This document shows positions 9,667-19,343 of a stretch of DNA of 64,000 nucleotides, in pieces (within the stretch, counting starts at the first letter, position 1; each line of letters opens with the position of its first letter). The DNA comes from Candidatus Cloacimonadota bacterium (GTDB taxonomy: Bacteria > Cloacimonadota > Cloacimonadia > Cloacimonadales > TCS61): assembly GCA_018645365.1 (NCBI GenBank), contig JABGOP010000001.1:80118-144117 (forward strand). Direction: 5' to 3'. The notes under the pieces are model-generated. The model was not told where the DNA came from. It worked only from the letters and a program-made list of their open reading frames with translations, and searched no databases. The position numbers and the translations under genes were made by a program.

Positions 9667-10746
9667 ATGCGAATTTTTACCATCTTGTTGATTGGCATGA
9701 TTTTGGGGTGCTCACAAAACAATACCCAAAAACCACAAATAATTAAATCGTTGAATTACCAAGCACTCAATTATTTTTCTTTATACGAAACCGCCGTCCA
9801 GCAAAATGATTTCACGTCAGCTGTTGAGCTTCTGAAGTTAGCAAACGATGCGGACTCAACCAATATTTATCTCAAAGAAGAGATGATGACATTTCTTTTT
9901 GACCTTGGTTATTTTGATGCAAGAATTCAACCGACTATCCTTAGTTTTGGCAAACAATATTTAGAGCAAGATGCAACTTCACCACTTATTCTTAAAATCC
10001 TCTTTTTGGTCGCAACAAACTTAATTGATGTTCCTACTACTCTCATCGTAGCGGAGAAAATGGCAGAAGAAGATAAAGATCAACTGTTTTACGAAAGGTT
10101 GGGGGATATCTATCTAATAAACAATGATGTAGAAAATGCCCAAAAAGCGTATGATGCACGCGAAATAAAAGATCCAACCACAAACGCCATTATTGCCTAT
10201 TTCTACTATTATGCCCAAAATGATTCACTGGCAACCATATACCTCCAGAAAGAAATTGATGAAAACAAGGAACCAGCTCCAGATATTTTCATTTTTGATT
10301 CGTACATCAATGAAAAAACAAACAATATAGAACAAATAATCAAAAATTTGAAAATCGCTAAAAAATTGTATCCTGAAAATCCATCTATCTTGAATACTTT
10401 CGGTTATTTCATTGCCGATTACCAGCTTTCTGAAATGTACCCCAAAGCAGAAAATATGATTTTGAAAGCACTCGCAAGCGAGCCGGAAAACACGACGATT
10501 TGGGACAGTTTAGCGTGGCTATATTTTCAACAACAAGAATACAAAAAAGCACTTTCGGCAATGCAAAAAGTAATCGAAAACGAAATTACACACTCCGAAA
10601 TTGCGTATCATTTGGGTGAAATTTTTTTGAAACTAAATAAACTTGACGATGCTAAAAAATATCTTAACCTTGCTGTTCAGATAAATGATGATGAAAAAAC
10701 CGTGCTGCTTTCACAAAAATTAATTAAAATAAATTTTGAGGAGTAA
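9667..10746 (+). CDS. TPR-repeat lipoprotein
   Basis: Lipobox MILGCS. TPR-like repeats include WDSLAWLYFQQQEYKKALSAMQKV and AYHLGEIFLKLNKLDDAKKYLNLA. Confidence 0.6.
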   Translation: MRIFTILLIGMILGCSQNNTQKPQIIKSLNYQALNYFSLYETAVQQNDFTSAVELLKLANDADSTNIYLKEEMMTFLFDLGYFDARIQPTILSFGKQYLEQDATSPLILKILFLVATNLIDVPTTLIVAEKMAEEDKDQLFYERLGDIYLINNDVENAQKAYDAREIKDPTTNAIIAYFYYYAQNDSLATIYLQKEIDENKEPAPDIFIFDSYINEKTNNIEQIIKNLKIAKKLYPENPSILNTFGYFIADYQLSEMYPKAENMILKALASEPENTTIWDSLAWLYFQQQEYKKALSAMQKVIENEITHSEIAYHLGEIFLKLNKLDDAKKYLNLAVQINDDEKTVLLSQKLIKINFEE

Positions 10747-10748
10747 AA

Positions 10749-10922
10749 ATGAAATTTGAATTCACAAAAGCAAATTATTTCTTGCTATCGATCGCAATTT
10801 TAACCACAATAGCTGGCTACATCGTGATGACAACTGGCGATAAAACACTTTCAACCATCTTATTGATCGTGGCTTATGCTATTTTGTTTCCAATCGCAAT
10901 TATTTTCAAAACCAAAAAATAG
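10749..10922 (+). CDS. small two-TM membrane protein (DUF3098-like), absent from the ORF track
   Basis: 57-codon ORF read by hand: MKFEFTKANYFLLSIAILTTIAGYIVMTTGDKTLSTILLIVAYAILFPIAIIFKTKK. It exactly fills the gap between neighbouring genes. Confidence 0.5.
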   Translation: MKFEFTKANYFLLSIAILTTIAGYIVMTTGDKTLSTILLIVAYAILFPIAIIFKTKK

Positions 10923-10925
10923 ACG

Positions 10926-11813
10926 ATGCCAAAAAGCTATCTTTCGGAAGAATTTGTTGCCACAATCGATAAATTTAATCTACGTGCAAAACTAATCGTA
11001 GAAGGCTTTATCGTCGGTTTACACAAATCACCGTATCACGGTTTTAGCGTAGAATTTTCCGACCACCGCCAGTACATTCCCGGCGATGCAATCCGTAATA
11101 TAGATTGGAAGGTTTATGCCAAAACGAACCGCTATTACATCAAACGATACGAAGAAGAAACAAACCTCAAGTCGTACATTCTTGTTGACCACAGTGCTTC
11201 GATGGGCTATGCTTCAAACAAAACATCTAAATTAGAATACGCCAAAACTTTCGCATCTGCCCTCGCTTATCTGATGCTTTCACAACAAGATGCCGTTGGA
11301 TTACTAAGCTATACAAATAAAATTACAAACTACCTGCCACCGCGTTCAATGAAATCCTATTTGAATGTCATTTTTAAAGAATTACACAACCTGCAACCTA
11401 CAGAAACCACCCAGACCGCAGAAGTTTTGCACTCACTTGCAGACCGCATTAAAAAACGCGGACTGATAATTCTAATTTCTGATATGCTCGATGACCCTGA
11501 TAAAATTTTGCAAGGGCTACAACATTTCCGTCATCAAAAACACGAAGTAATTTTGTTTCACATTCAAGATAAGCAAGAAATGAATTTCGATTTCAAAAAT
11601 GAAACTGAGTTTGTGGATAGCGAAACGGGTGAAAAAATTACTGTAAACCCGTGGCAAATTAAGAAAGATTACCTCGCAACCTTAGAAAAAAACACAACTT
11701 ATCTCAAAACAAAATGCCACACATCTTTCATCGAATACAACCCGATAACGACCGCAACCCCATTTGAAGATAATCTTTTACAATACCTCATCAAGCGGAT
11801 GAAATTGGGATAG
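10926..11813 (+). CDS. DUF58 domain protein (vWA-like, MoxR-associated family)
   Basis: HKSPYHGFSVEFSDHRQYIPGDAIRNIDWKVYAKTNRYYIKRYEEETN is the characteristic DUF58 block. Confidence 0.8.
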   Translation: MPKSYLSEEFVATIDKFNLRAKLIVEGFIVGLHKSPYHGFSVEFSDHRQYIPGDAIRNIDWKVYAKTNRYYIKRYEEETNLKSYILVDHSASMGYASNKTSKLEYAKTFASALAYLMLSQQDAVGLLSYTNKITNYLPPRSMKSYLNVIFKELHNLQPTETTQTAEVLHSLADRIKKRGLIILISDMLDDPDKILQGLQHFRHQKHEVILFHIQDKQEMNFDFKNETEFVDSETGEKITVNPWQIKKDYLATLEKNTTYLKTKCHTSFIEYNPITTATPFEDNLLQYLIKRMKLG

Positions 11814-11849
11814 CATTAACAATAAATAAGCACACTGAAACAATATCTG

Positions 11850-11876
11850 GGTACCCTTGTTTTACTTTAGGGTACC
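11850..11876 (+). terminator. hairpin after the DUF58 gene (8-bp stem GGTACCCT/AGGGTACC, 11-nt loop)
   Basis: Perfect inverted repeat read in the sequence. It is followed by an A/T-rich stretch, not a clean T-run. Confidence 0.4.
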
Positions 11877-12074
11877 TTAAAATAAAATATAAGAACCATA
11901 AAATAATATAATAGTACTTATAAATTACTACACAGAACGTATTTTCAATATAATGGTTCTATTATATTATATCTCGGAACTCATTAAGATTATAACAGTA
12001 CTTTAAAATAATATCTTGACAAAGAGATAAATAAACATACCATCGTCTTATTGATAGATTACAGGAGGATTAAT

Positions 12075-12191
12075 ATGGGACGACTAAGGAAAACTGATTC
12101 AAACACACCGAAGCTTGCAAAGGCTCGCTTGGCTGGCGGCATGCAACACGGAAATGTTGACAGCCATCAGAGGTATTTACGGTCGAGATAG
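12075..12191 (+). CDS. 38-codon basic mini-ORF with a strong Shine-Dalgarno (possibly a gene remnant)
   Basis: AGGAGG lies 6 nt upstream of the ATG. Peptide MGRLRKTDSNTPKLAKARLAGGMQHGNVDSHQRYLRSR. It lies in a locally GC-rich patch, and a second frame is open across the same stretch (see findings). Confidence 0.3.
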   Translation: MGRLRKTDSNTPKLAKARLAGGMQHGNVDSHQRYLRSR

Positions 12192-12249
12192 CAACGAATA
12201 TGAAAAAAGCGGTGGAACACGATATTCAGAACGAAAGAGGAGAAAAATT

Positions 12250-13074
12250 TTATAAAGAGTTTATCCATCTCGCACATTTTCCAGACGGCAAATCATTCCC
12301 TTTCCCAGATTTAATCGTTAAATTTAAGGTTTCTATTTTTCCATTCCTTAGTTTTGGCAATTTAGCTAATTCGTGCTCCAATTCCGTTAATCCAAAATTT
12401 TTATCGTGGCACGACAATATCATAAATTCAGGCTTTTCACTCAAAAGTTCGTTCACTAATTTCATTAACTCTGGCAAATCTCGTCCAATTTTCCAAGTTG
12501 CACCCTTTTTCCCACGCCCAAAAGCAGGTGGGTCCAAAATTATGCCATCATAAACTACCTCGCGTTTTATTTCACGCTTCAAAAATGCAAAAATATCATC
12601 TACCAGCCAGCGAATATTATTTTTCTCCAAATGGGAAAGTTGGCAGTTTTGTTTTGCCCAATTCACACTGCTCGAAGTAGCATCTATGTGCGTTACTACT
12701 GTTTTTGAGGAAGATGCAAATAGGGTGGCAACACCGGTATAGGCAAATCCATTTAAAATATTTAACGGCCTTTTTGTGGTTGAAACTATTTTTTCTAACC
12801 ATCGCCAATTTGTTAATTGTTCGGGAAAAATACCTATTTGGCGGTTTGGCGAAAGCTTTAGTTCAAATTGGAAATTATTTATTTTGAAGTTTGGTAATTC
12901 GTTTTTTTTTGCCCAATTATTTTCTTTTTTGTCAAACATTGCGTGGTAATTTTGCCAAACCTGAGAAGAAAGTTTTCGCTTCCAACTCGCCTGCATAGAT
13001 GGTCTACGAATTATCACATCATCGATTTGCTCTAATTTTTCAAATTCACCACAATCAAGTAATTTATAGTTCAT
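12250..13074 (-). CDS. class I SAM-dependent methyltransferase (RlmI/RlmK-like catalytic domain)
   Basis: GFAYTGVATLFAS (SAM-binding loop) and YDGIILDPPAFGRG motifs. Confidence 0.6.
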   Translation of the reverse strand: MNYKLLDCGEFEKLEQIDDVIIRRPSMQASWKRKLSSQVWQNYHAMFDKKENNWAKKNELPNFKINNFQFELKLSPNRQIGIFPEQLTNWRWLEKIVSTTKRPLNILNGFAYTGVATLFASSSKTVVTHIDATSSSVNWAKQNCQLSHLEKNNIRWLVDDIFAFLKREIKREVVYDGIILDPPAFGRGKKGATWKIGRDLPELMKLVNELLSEKPEFMILSCHDKNFGLTELEHELAKLPKLRNGKIETLNLTIKSGKGNDLPSGKCARWINSL

Positions 13075-14092
13075 CGAGTTGTTCGGTAATTTTTTTTACC
13101 TCTTCCGCCCGATCTTTTGAGGTAATGAGAATGGCATCATCTGTCTCCACCACCACCAAATTTTCTACTCCAATTAATGCTACAAATTTTGTTGATTTCA
13201 CATAATTATTTTTACTATCTACCGTTGCATTGTTACATTTTAACACATTTTCATTCTCATCTTTTCGCGAAACATCATAAAGCGATTTCCAACTTCCTAC
13301 ATCACTCCAACCATAATCAACCGGTACTACAACTCGTTTTTCGGCTTTTTCCATTATGCCAATATCGATCGGAATACGTGGCATTTGATGATATTCTTTT
13401 TCGATTGATGCATCTATTCCCCATTTTTTTTCAATTGCTGAAAATAGGACAAAAATTTGCGGTTGATGATTTGCAAAAGCATTCAAAATAGTCTCAAGTT
13501 TCCACAAAAACATCCCACTATTCCAAAAAAAATTCCCATTTTTCAAAAATTTTTCGGCAGTTTCATAATTCGGTTTTTCTTTGAATTTATTTACTTCAAA
13601 AACTTCCTTATTAACTTTATTTCCACTTTCTATGTATCCATAACCAGTGGCTGGATATGTAGGTTTAATACCAAATGTAACGAGATTTTCGTCATTCGCA
13701 GCGTTACTACCAACTTCGATTGTTCGATGAAATTCTTCCACATTCGCGATAAGATGATCAGCTGGCAAAACAAACATTTTTTCATTTTTGGGATATTTTT
13801 GGGAAAGGTACAAAGCACTAAGCGCAATGCACGGTGCGGTATTCATTCCAAACGGCTCCACAATGATGTTTTCGGGCGGAAGCTGTGGCAAATGTTCTTT
13901 CGTTAATTCTACTTGCGATGCCGCCGTCACGATGTAAATATCGTCTATTTTGAATTTTGGGAATAAGCGTTCAACCGTCATTTGCAACATCGATTTTTCG
14001 GATAATATTTTTAAGAATTGTTTTGGTTTTTCTTTTTTTGAAAGTGGCCAAAATCTAGAACCAACACCGCCAGCCATAATTAATGCAATCAT
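13064..14092 (-). CDS. manC: mannose-1-phosphate guanylyltransferase
   Basis: N-terminal LIMAGGVGSRFWPLS...KQFL nucleotidyltransferase signature. Length and remaining sequence fit the short ManC form. Confidence 0.8.
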   Translation of the reverse strand: MIALIMAGGVGSRFWPLSKKEKPKQFLKILSEKSMLQMTVERLFPKFKIDDIYIVTAASQVELTKEHLPQLPPENIIVEPFGMNTAPCIALSALYLSQKYPKNEKMFVLPADHLIANVEEFHRTIEVGSNAANDENLVTFGIKPTYPATGYGYIESGNKVNKEVFEVNKFKEKPNYETAEKFLKNGNFFWNSGMFLWKLETILNAFANHQPQIFVLFSAIEKKWGIDASIEKEYHQMPRIPIDIGIMEKAEKRVVVPVDYGWSDVGSWKSLYDVSRKDENENVLKCNNATVDSKNNYVKSTKFVALIGVENLVVVETDDAILITSKDRAEEVKKITEQLDEL

Positions 14093-14103
14093 TTTTCACC
14101 TCA

Positions 14104-14697
14104 TTATTCGCGCGTATCTAATACATTTACATCGTTCGAAATTTGAAAACCAAAAATATCTTTTGGTAATTTTTGGTTAATTTTCACATCAGAAAAAATG
14201 TATTCAACGCTGTTTTCATTTTCGTCAATTATTGTTATTTTTGCGATTAAATCCTCTGAAATTTCTACAATTATTTGTGAATTTTCAGAATTTATCAGTT
14301 TTATTATTTGCAATTTTTCGGAATTATTCAGAATTTCTTTTTTGGAGTTATGCCAATATTTCGACAAAATATCTTGCGGTCGAATGGCAGTGTCATCGTT
14401 ATTCGAGATCATCGCCTGCTTAGAAACATCATCGTATATAACTACCGCACTGTCCGATACAATAAGTTTTTGTCCAGCAGGTTCCACATAATCTAAAAGT
14501 AAATTATGTAAATTATAATAGATTTTTCCGCTTGATATTTTACTAATATCTGCCTCTTGCCAAAAATTGTATTGTGTAAAGACTGCCTCATAACTTTCTA
14601 TTCTTTCATAAGTTACACATAACTGTTCATAAATATTTTCTAACGGTTGTGCAAAAAGAGACATTGCAAAAAGCAAAAATAAACTAACTATTTTCAT
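14104..14697 (-). CDS. lolA: LolA-like outer-membrane lipoprotein carrier protein
   Basis: Signal peptide, about 200 aa, and the conserved ftsK-lolA synteny (14-nt overlap with ftsK). Confidence 0.5.
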   Translation of the reverse strand: MKIVSLFLLFAMSLFAQPLENIYEQLCVTYERIESYEAVFTQYNFWQEADISKISSGKIYYNLHNLLLDYVEPAGQKLIVSDSAVVIYDDVSKQAMISNNDDTAIRPQDILSKYWHNSKKEILNNSEKLQIIKLINSENSQIIVEISEDLIAKITIIDENENSVEYIFSDVKINQKLPKDIFGFQISNDVNVLDTRE

Positions 14698-16912
14698 ATT
14701 TTTTTACCTCTTCTTCTGTTGCCAAAACTTCGCGGGATTTACTGCCAACATGTGGCCCAACAATGCCTGCCTGTTCCAACATATCTACCAAGCGACCGGC
14801 ACGCGCGTAACCAATTTTGAAATGCCGTTGCAACATTGAAACAGATGCTGAACCAGCTGAAACAACTGATAATGCGGCTTCTGGAAACAATTCGTCATCG
14901 TATTTAAAGTCAGAATGAATCGTGTTTTCCGCTTTGATTATCTTGATTTCATCGATTGGTTTTGGCTGAGTTTTCAAATATTTTACCGTTTCATTGACCT
15001 CATCTGGCTCAATATATGCACCGTGAATTCTCACCGAGCTTTCAGCACCAGGCGCAATGAATAAGCTATCCCCCATTCCGAGAAGGCGTTCGGCACCGTT
15101 TGTGTCGATAATGACACGAGAATCAATTTTAGTAGAAACCTTGAAGGCAATTCGGGAAGGAAAATTCGCTTTAATTAAACCAGTTATCACCTTTATTGAT
15201 GGGCGTTGCGTCGCCAAAATAAGATGAATTCCAATCGCACGAGCCATTTGTGCTAAGCGCGTAATTGGTCTTTCCACTTCGCGTCCAATTGTCATCATTA
15301 AATCAGCCAATTCATCAACGATAATAACGATAAATGGTAATGAGTTATCCTCAGTTTCGTTTTCTGAATCGCTTTGTTTTTCCTTCAGCTTGGCTATTTT
15401 TTCATTATAAGACTTTAAATCTTTAACTTTATATTTCTGTAAAAGTTCGTATCTTTTTTCCATCTCTAAAACACCCCATTCCAAAACTGCTAAGGCATCT
15501 TCGTTATTCGTTACAACTTGCTGAATCAAGTGTGGAATTCCTTCATAGCCAGAGAGTTCAATCCGTTTTGGATCTATCAATATGAAGCGTACTTCTTCTG
15601 GCGTAGCCCGAAATAAAATAGAATTAATAATGGTGTTCACACAAACGCTTTTTCCAGAACCTGTTGCACCCGCAATAAGAAGGTGGGGCATTTTAGCAAG
15701 GTCGGCTACCATTGCTTTTCCGGCAATATCTTTACCCAGTGCAATTGCAAGCTTGCTCTTCATATTAATCATCTCTTTTGAATTAAGGACTTCTTTCAGC
15801 CAAATCACATCACGACTCATATTCGGAATTTCGATACCTACCAGTCCACGACCGGGAATTGGAGCTTGAATACGTAAACTTTTTGCTTTGATGGCCAATG
15901 CCAAATCATCTGCGAGCGATTGAAAAGTACTTACCTTCACCCCCGGCGCCGGTTCAATCTCATACTGCGTAATAATCGGCCCGATATTCACATTTTTAAC
16001 TTCGGCTTCCACATTAAATTCAGCTAATTTTTCGATTAAAATCTTGCTGATTTTTTTGATATTTTCTTCGATAACTGCACGATTTTTACTTGATATTTCT
16101 TTACTCGTTAAAAAATGATTTATGCTTGGAATCACATAATCTACCCGAGAATTATTGGAAATTTCACTCTTATTTTGCGTGAAAATTCTTTTTGGAAGTG
16201 GCTTTTTTTCTATAATTTTTTCTATTGGTTCAGCGTGATCAATAATATTTAACTTTTTCTCTTTTTTCGGTTTTGAAATTTTTGCTGGTTTTTGTTTAAG
16301 CCTTTTAATCAATTTAATGATAAGATTAAACATTTTACTTAAACCTATCCATATTTTCTGAAAAAATAATGCCACATTTTCTACTTCAAAAATTATTAAA
16401 AGCGATGCTATCATCACGATTGACGAAATTATTATGGTACCAGTTGTGTCAAAAAGTCGCCTCATAAAGCCCAAAATCACAAAAGGAATGAAGCCTACAA
16501 CTCCTTTGTTTATAGCCGTTCCAGAACTAACTGCAAACAATAAAATGTTCGCAAAAAAAGTGAAAATTATGAAAAAAATCGTTTTAATAACTGGGTGTTT
16601 TTCGTTACGCAAAAAAATAGCGAAAAATGATAATAACGCCAAGCCAACAAAAAAAGTAACACTAAAATATTGCCCAAAAATAATAATAATCCAATAGCCA
16701 ACAGTCGCTCCAAATGGTCCGATTGGATTAGATACTTCTGGAAAATCTAATTTTAGAATTTGCATAAAATTTAATTGTGCATTCTGGATAATCTTATAAT
16801 CTACTTGAACCGTTTCAAATTTAACAAAAAGTGAGACAACAATTAAAATTGAAAGTAGAAAAATAACAGCACTCACAAAAACTCGCCAAAATTCATTTTT
16901 TTTTTCGACCAT
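14684..16912 (-). CDS. ftsK: DNA translocase FtsK
   Basis: N-terminal TM helices, Walker A GATGSGKS, Walker B IVDELADLMM, and the C-terminal gamma domain LQRHFKIGYARAGRLVDMLEQAGIVG. Confidence 0.95.
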   Translation of the reverse strand: MVEKKNEFWRVFVSAVIFLLSILIVVSLFVKFETVQVDYKIIQNAQLNFMQILKLDFPEVSNPIGPFGATVGYWIIIIFGQYFSVTFFVGLALLSFFAIFLRNEKHPVIKTIFFIIFTFFANILLFAVSSGTAINKGVVGFIPFVILGFMRRLFDTTGTIIISSIVMIASLLIIFEVENVALFFQKIWIGLSKMFNLIIKLIKRLKQKPAKISKPKKEKKLNIIDHAEPIEKIIEKKPLPKRIFTQNKSEISNNSRVDYVIPSINHFLTSKEISSKNRAVIEENIKKISKILIEKLAEFNVEAEVKNVNIGPIITQYEIEPAPGVKVSTFQSLADDLALAIKAKSLRIQAPIPGRGLVGIEIPNMSRDVIWLKEVLNSKEMINMKSKLAIALGKDIAGKAMVADLAKMPHLLIAGATGSGKSVCVNTIINSILFRATPEEVRFILIDPKRIELSGYEGIPHLIQQVVTNNEDALAVLEWGVLEMEKRYELLQKYKVKDLKSYNEKIAKLKEKQSDSENETEDNSLPFIVIIVDELADLMMTIGREVERPITRLAQMARAIGIHLILATQRPSIKVITGLIKANFPSRIAFKVSTKIDSRVIIDTNGAERLLGMGDSLFIAPGAESSVRIHGAYIEPDEVNETVKYLKTQPKPIDEIKIIKAENTIHSDFKYDDELFPEAALSVVSAGSASVSMLQRHFKIGYARAGRLVDMLEQAGIVGPHVGSKSREVLATEEEVKKYENS

Positions 16913-16932
16913 ACCCTCTCACTTTTCAGCAA

Positions 16933-18006
16933 TTACACACTGAATCTAATGTTCAAAATATCACCATCTTTTAGGAGATAATTTTTTCCTTCAAGGCGGA
17001 ATAAACCTTTTTCTCGAATCTTCTTTTCATCTCCAATATTCACTAAATCTTCGTAAGAAAAACACTCCGCCCGAATAAATCCACGCGCTAAATCGGAATG
17101 AATTGTGCCAGCCGCATCAACCGCATTATCACCATTTTGAATCGTCCACGCACGCACTTCATCGGTACCAACGGTAAAAAAACTAATGTAGCCGAGTAAT
17201 TCATAAGATAGTTTTGTAATGCGGTTTTGTGCCGATTCACTAATGCCAATATCACTCATAAATTCTTTTGCATCTTCATTTGAAAGATTGTTCAATTCCA
17301 TTTCAAAATTTCCCGCAAATTCTGCAACTTTGCTTTGTTTTTCTATCTCTTTCAGTAGATTTCCATTATTACCAAAATTCGTTTCGTCTGAATTCACAAT
17401 TACCAAAATCGGTTTTTGAGTGATAAATTGAAATCCTTTTATCGCCTTTTTTTCCTCTTTTGAAAACTCCAGCTTTCTAACTGGAATTTCACTATTTAAT
17501 CCATCTAAAATTTTTATAATTGCATTTTTTTCAATTAGCAAAGATTGGTCTTTTATACCTCTTTTTTGTGATAATTCAATATTTTGCAACCTTTTTTCGG
17601 CAATTATTAAATCAGAAATAATCAATTCTGATTTAATTTTTTCGATATCTCCCAAAACATCAGGTACTCCCAAGACACCTGAAATTATTTCATCTTCAAA
17701 ATTTCTAACTACCAAAACAATTGCGTCTGTCGTTTTGAGAAGTGCCAATAAATTGCTCGGAAAACCACCGCTTTCATTACCAGATAAGCCAGCAAAATCG
17801 ATGTATTCAATGTTAGCATAAATCGTTTTTTGGGGGTTATATATTTCCGATAATTTTGTTATTCTCGCATCAACTACATTTACCAAGCCTAAATTTGGCT
17901 CAATTTTACCACTCGTGAACGATGCTGTTTCTATATTTTGCCCCGTTAGCGCATTGAAAATTGTGGTTTTGCCTGAATTTTGTAATCCTAAAATGCCTAA
18001 TTTCAT
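16933..18006 (-). CDS. ychF: ribosome-binding ATPase YchF
   Basis: G1 GLQNSGKTTIFNALTG, a coiled-coil insertion, and a C-terminal TGS-like domain. Confidence 0.9.
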   Translation of the reverse strand: MKLGILGLQNSGKTTIFNALTGQNIETASFTSGKIEPNLGLVNVVDARITKLSEIYNPQKTIYANIEYIDFAGLSGNESGGFPSNLLALLKTTDAIVLVVRNFEDEIISGVLGVPDVLGDIEKIKSELIISDLIIAEKRLQNIELSQKRGIKDQSLLIEKNAIIKILDGLNSEIPVRKLEFSKEEKKAIKGFQFITQKPILVIVNSDETNFGNNGNLLKEIEKQSKVAEFAGNFEMELNNLSNEDAKEFMSDIGISESAQNRITKLSYELLGYISFFTVGTDEVRAWTIQNGDNAVDAAGTIHSDLARGFIRAECFSYEDLVNIGDEKKIREKGLFRLEGKNYLLKDGDILNIRFSV

Positions 18007-18731
18007 TTTCTTCCTTTTTTTGCTATATTTTTAAGTGACGCAATTTCATTTGGTTTCAAAATTCGCCACATTCCAATTGGCAAATTGCCTAGTTTCATAC
18101 TACCAATTTGTAGTCTTTTTAATTTTACAACTTTTGAATTTACGCTTTTCAACATTCTTCTGATTTGCCTTTTTCTACCTTCATGGATGGTAATTTTTAA
18201 CACCGTTACATCGTTTTTTGAACTTTCCTTAAACACGATTGCCGGCTTTGTTTTTTTACCATCAATTACTATTCCAGTTCGTAATTTTCCCATTTGTCCA
18301 TCATCTATTTTACCAGAAACTGTAACTTTGTATAATTTCGACAATTTATAACGCGGATGAATAATTTGGTTAGCGAAATCACCATCGTTAGTTAAAAGCA
18401 ATAAACCTTCTGACTGATAATCGAGGCGACCTATTGCAAAAAGATGAACATTAAAATCAGGAACAAGATCGAATACTGTTTTTCTGCCAAATTCATCATT
18501 TGATGTTACTAAGTAATTTGGTGGTTTATTCAGCATTAAATAAATATTGTCTGATTCTACTTTCAAAATTTTTCCGTCAAATTTCACAATATCTTTTTCA
18601 CTATCAACTTTAAAACTCAATTCTGTGATAATTTTATCGTTTACCACGATTTTTCCGTCCAAAATATGTTGCTCAACTTTTCGTCTTGAGCCCACATTAC
18701 ACATTGCGAGAAATTTATTTATTCTTACCAT
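18003..18731 (-). CDS. pseudouridine synthase, RsuA/RluB family
   Basis: N-terminal S4 domain (RINKFLAMCNVGSRRKVEQ) and catalytic GRLDYQSEGLLLLTNDG. Confidence 0.88.
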   Translation of the reverse strand: MVRINKFLAMCNVGSRRKVEQHILDGKIVVNDKIITELSFKVDSEKDIVKFDGKILKVESDNIYLMLNKPPNYLVTSNDEFGRKTVFDLVPDFNVHLFAIGRLDYQSEGLLLLTNDGDFANQIIHPRYKLSKLYKVTVSGKIDDGQMGKLRTGIVIDGKKTKPAIVFKESSKNDVTVLKITIHEGRKRQIRRMLKSVNSKVVKLKRLQIGSMKLGNLPIGMWRILKPNEIASLKNIAKKGRK

Positions 18732-19237
18732 TCTTCCAAACTATTTTTAATTATTTGCTCAAAAAGAGCCTTAAATATTCGATTTTGTGCTTCTATTTCT
18801 GTTTTCGCTATCAATTCCATTGCATCACCGCTTTCATCTTCATTAACATCAGAATTAGAATATTTTTCTGATAAAATTAATGATTTTTTTTGCCAAATCA
18901 TCTCATTATTTAATAAATCTGTGAAGGTTACATCAAGTAAAATCCTAACCTCATACTCATCTACATTTCCCTCACCATACTCCAATATTCTTTTAGAATA
19001 ATCTAATATTTTCCCTTCTATTTTACAATCTGCATCCACATTTATCAATTTTAACCTTGCTTCATTTTGGAATTTATCAACCAAAATTCCATCAAGCATC
19101 TCTTCTAACTCATATTCAGTTGTAATATTTTCGAAAACAAAAACATTGATGGATTTCAAATGAGAAAACCCACTCGTATAAACTGAATAACTGCATCCAA
19201 CAACAATAACCATCATAAAATAACATATCTTTTTCAT
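18725..19237 (-). CDS. lipoprotein, possibly LptE-like
   Basis: Lipobox VVGCS. The size and the IxVxxFEN pattern are reminiscent of LptE. This is a weak call. Confidence 0.4.
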   Translation of the reverse strand: MKKICYFMMVIVVGCSYSVYTSGFSHLKSINVFVFENITTEYELEEMLDGILVDKFQNEARLKLINVDADCKIEGKILDYSKRILEYGEGNVDEYEVRILLDVTFTDLLNNEMIWQKKSLILSEKYSNSDVNEDESGDAMELIAKTEIEAQNRIFKALFEQIIKNSLEEW

Positions 19238-19343
19238 AGTTCTTTACAATTAATTCATCTCTTTTATGTCAAGACTTTTACACTATAACTTGACAAATTG
19301 TTATTTGAATTTGCTTTTGTCGCATAAAAATTAGGAGGATTTG

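Noticed and set aside
12200-12553. 117-aa plus-strand ORF starting in the 12-kb gap
   Set aside because: Beyond 12250 it is antisense to a well-supported methyltransferase gene. Only its first approximately 50 nt lie in the gap.
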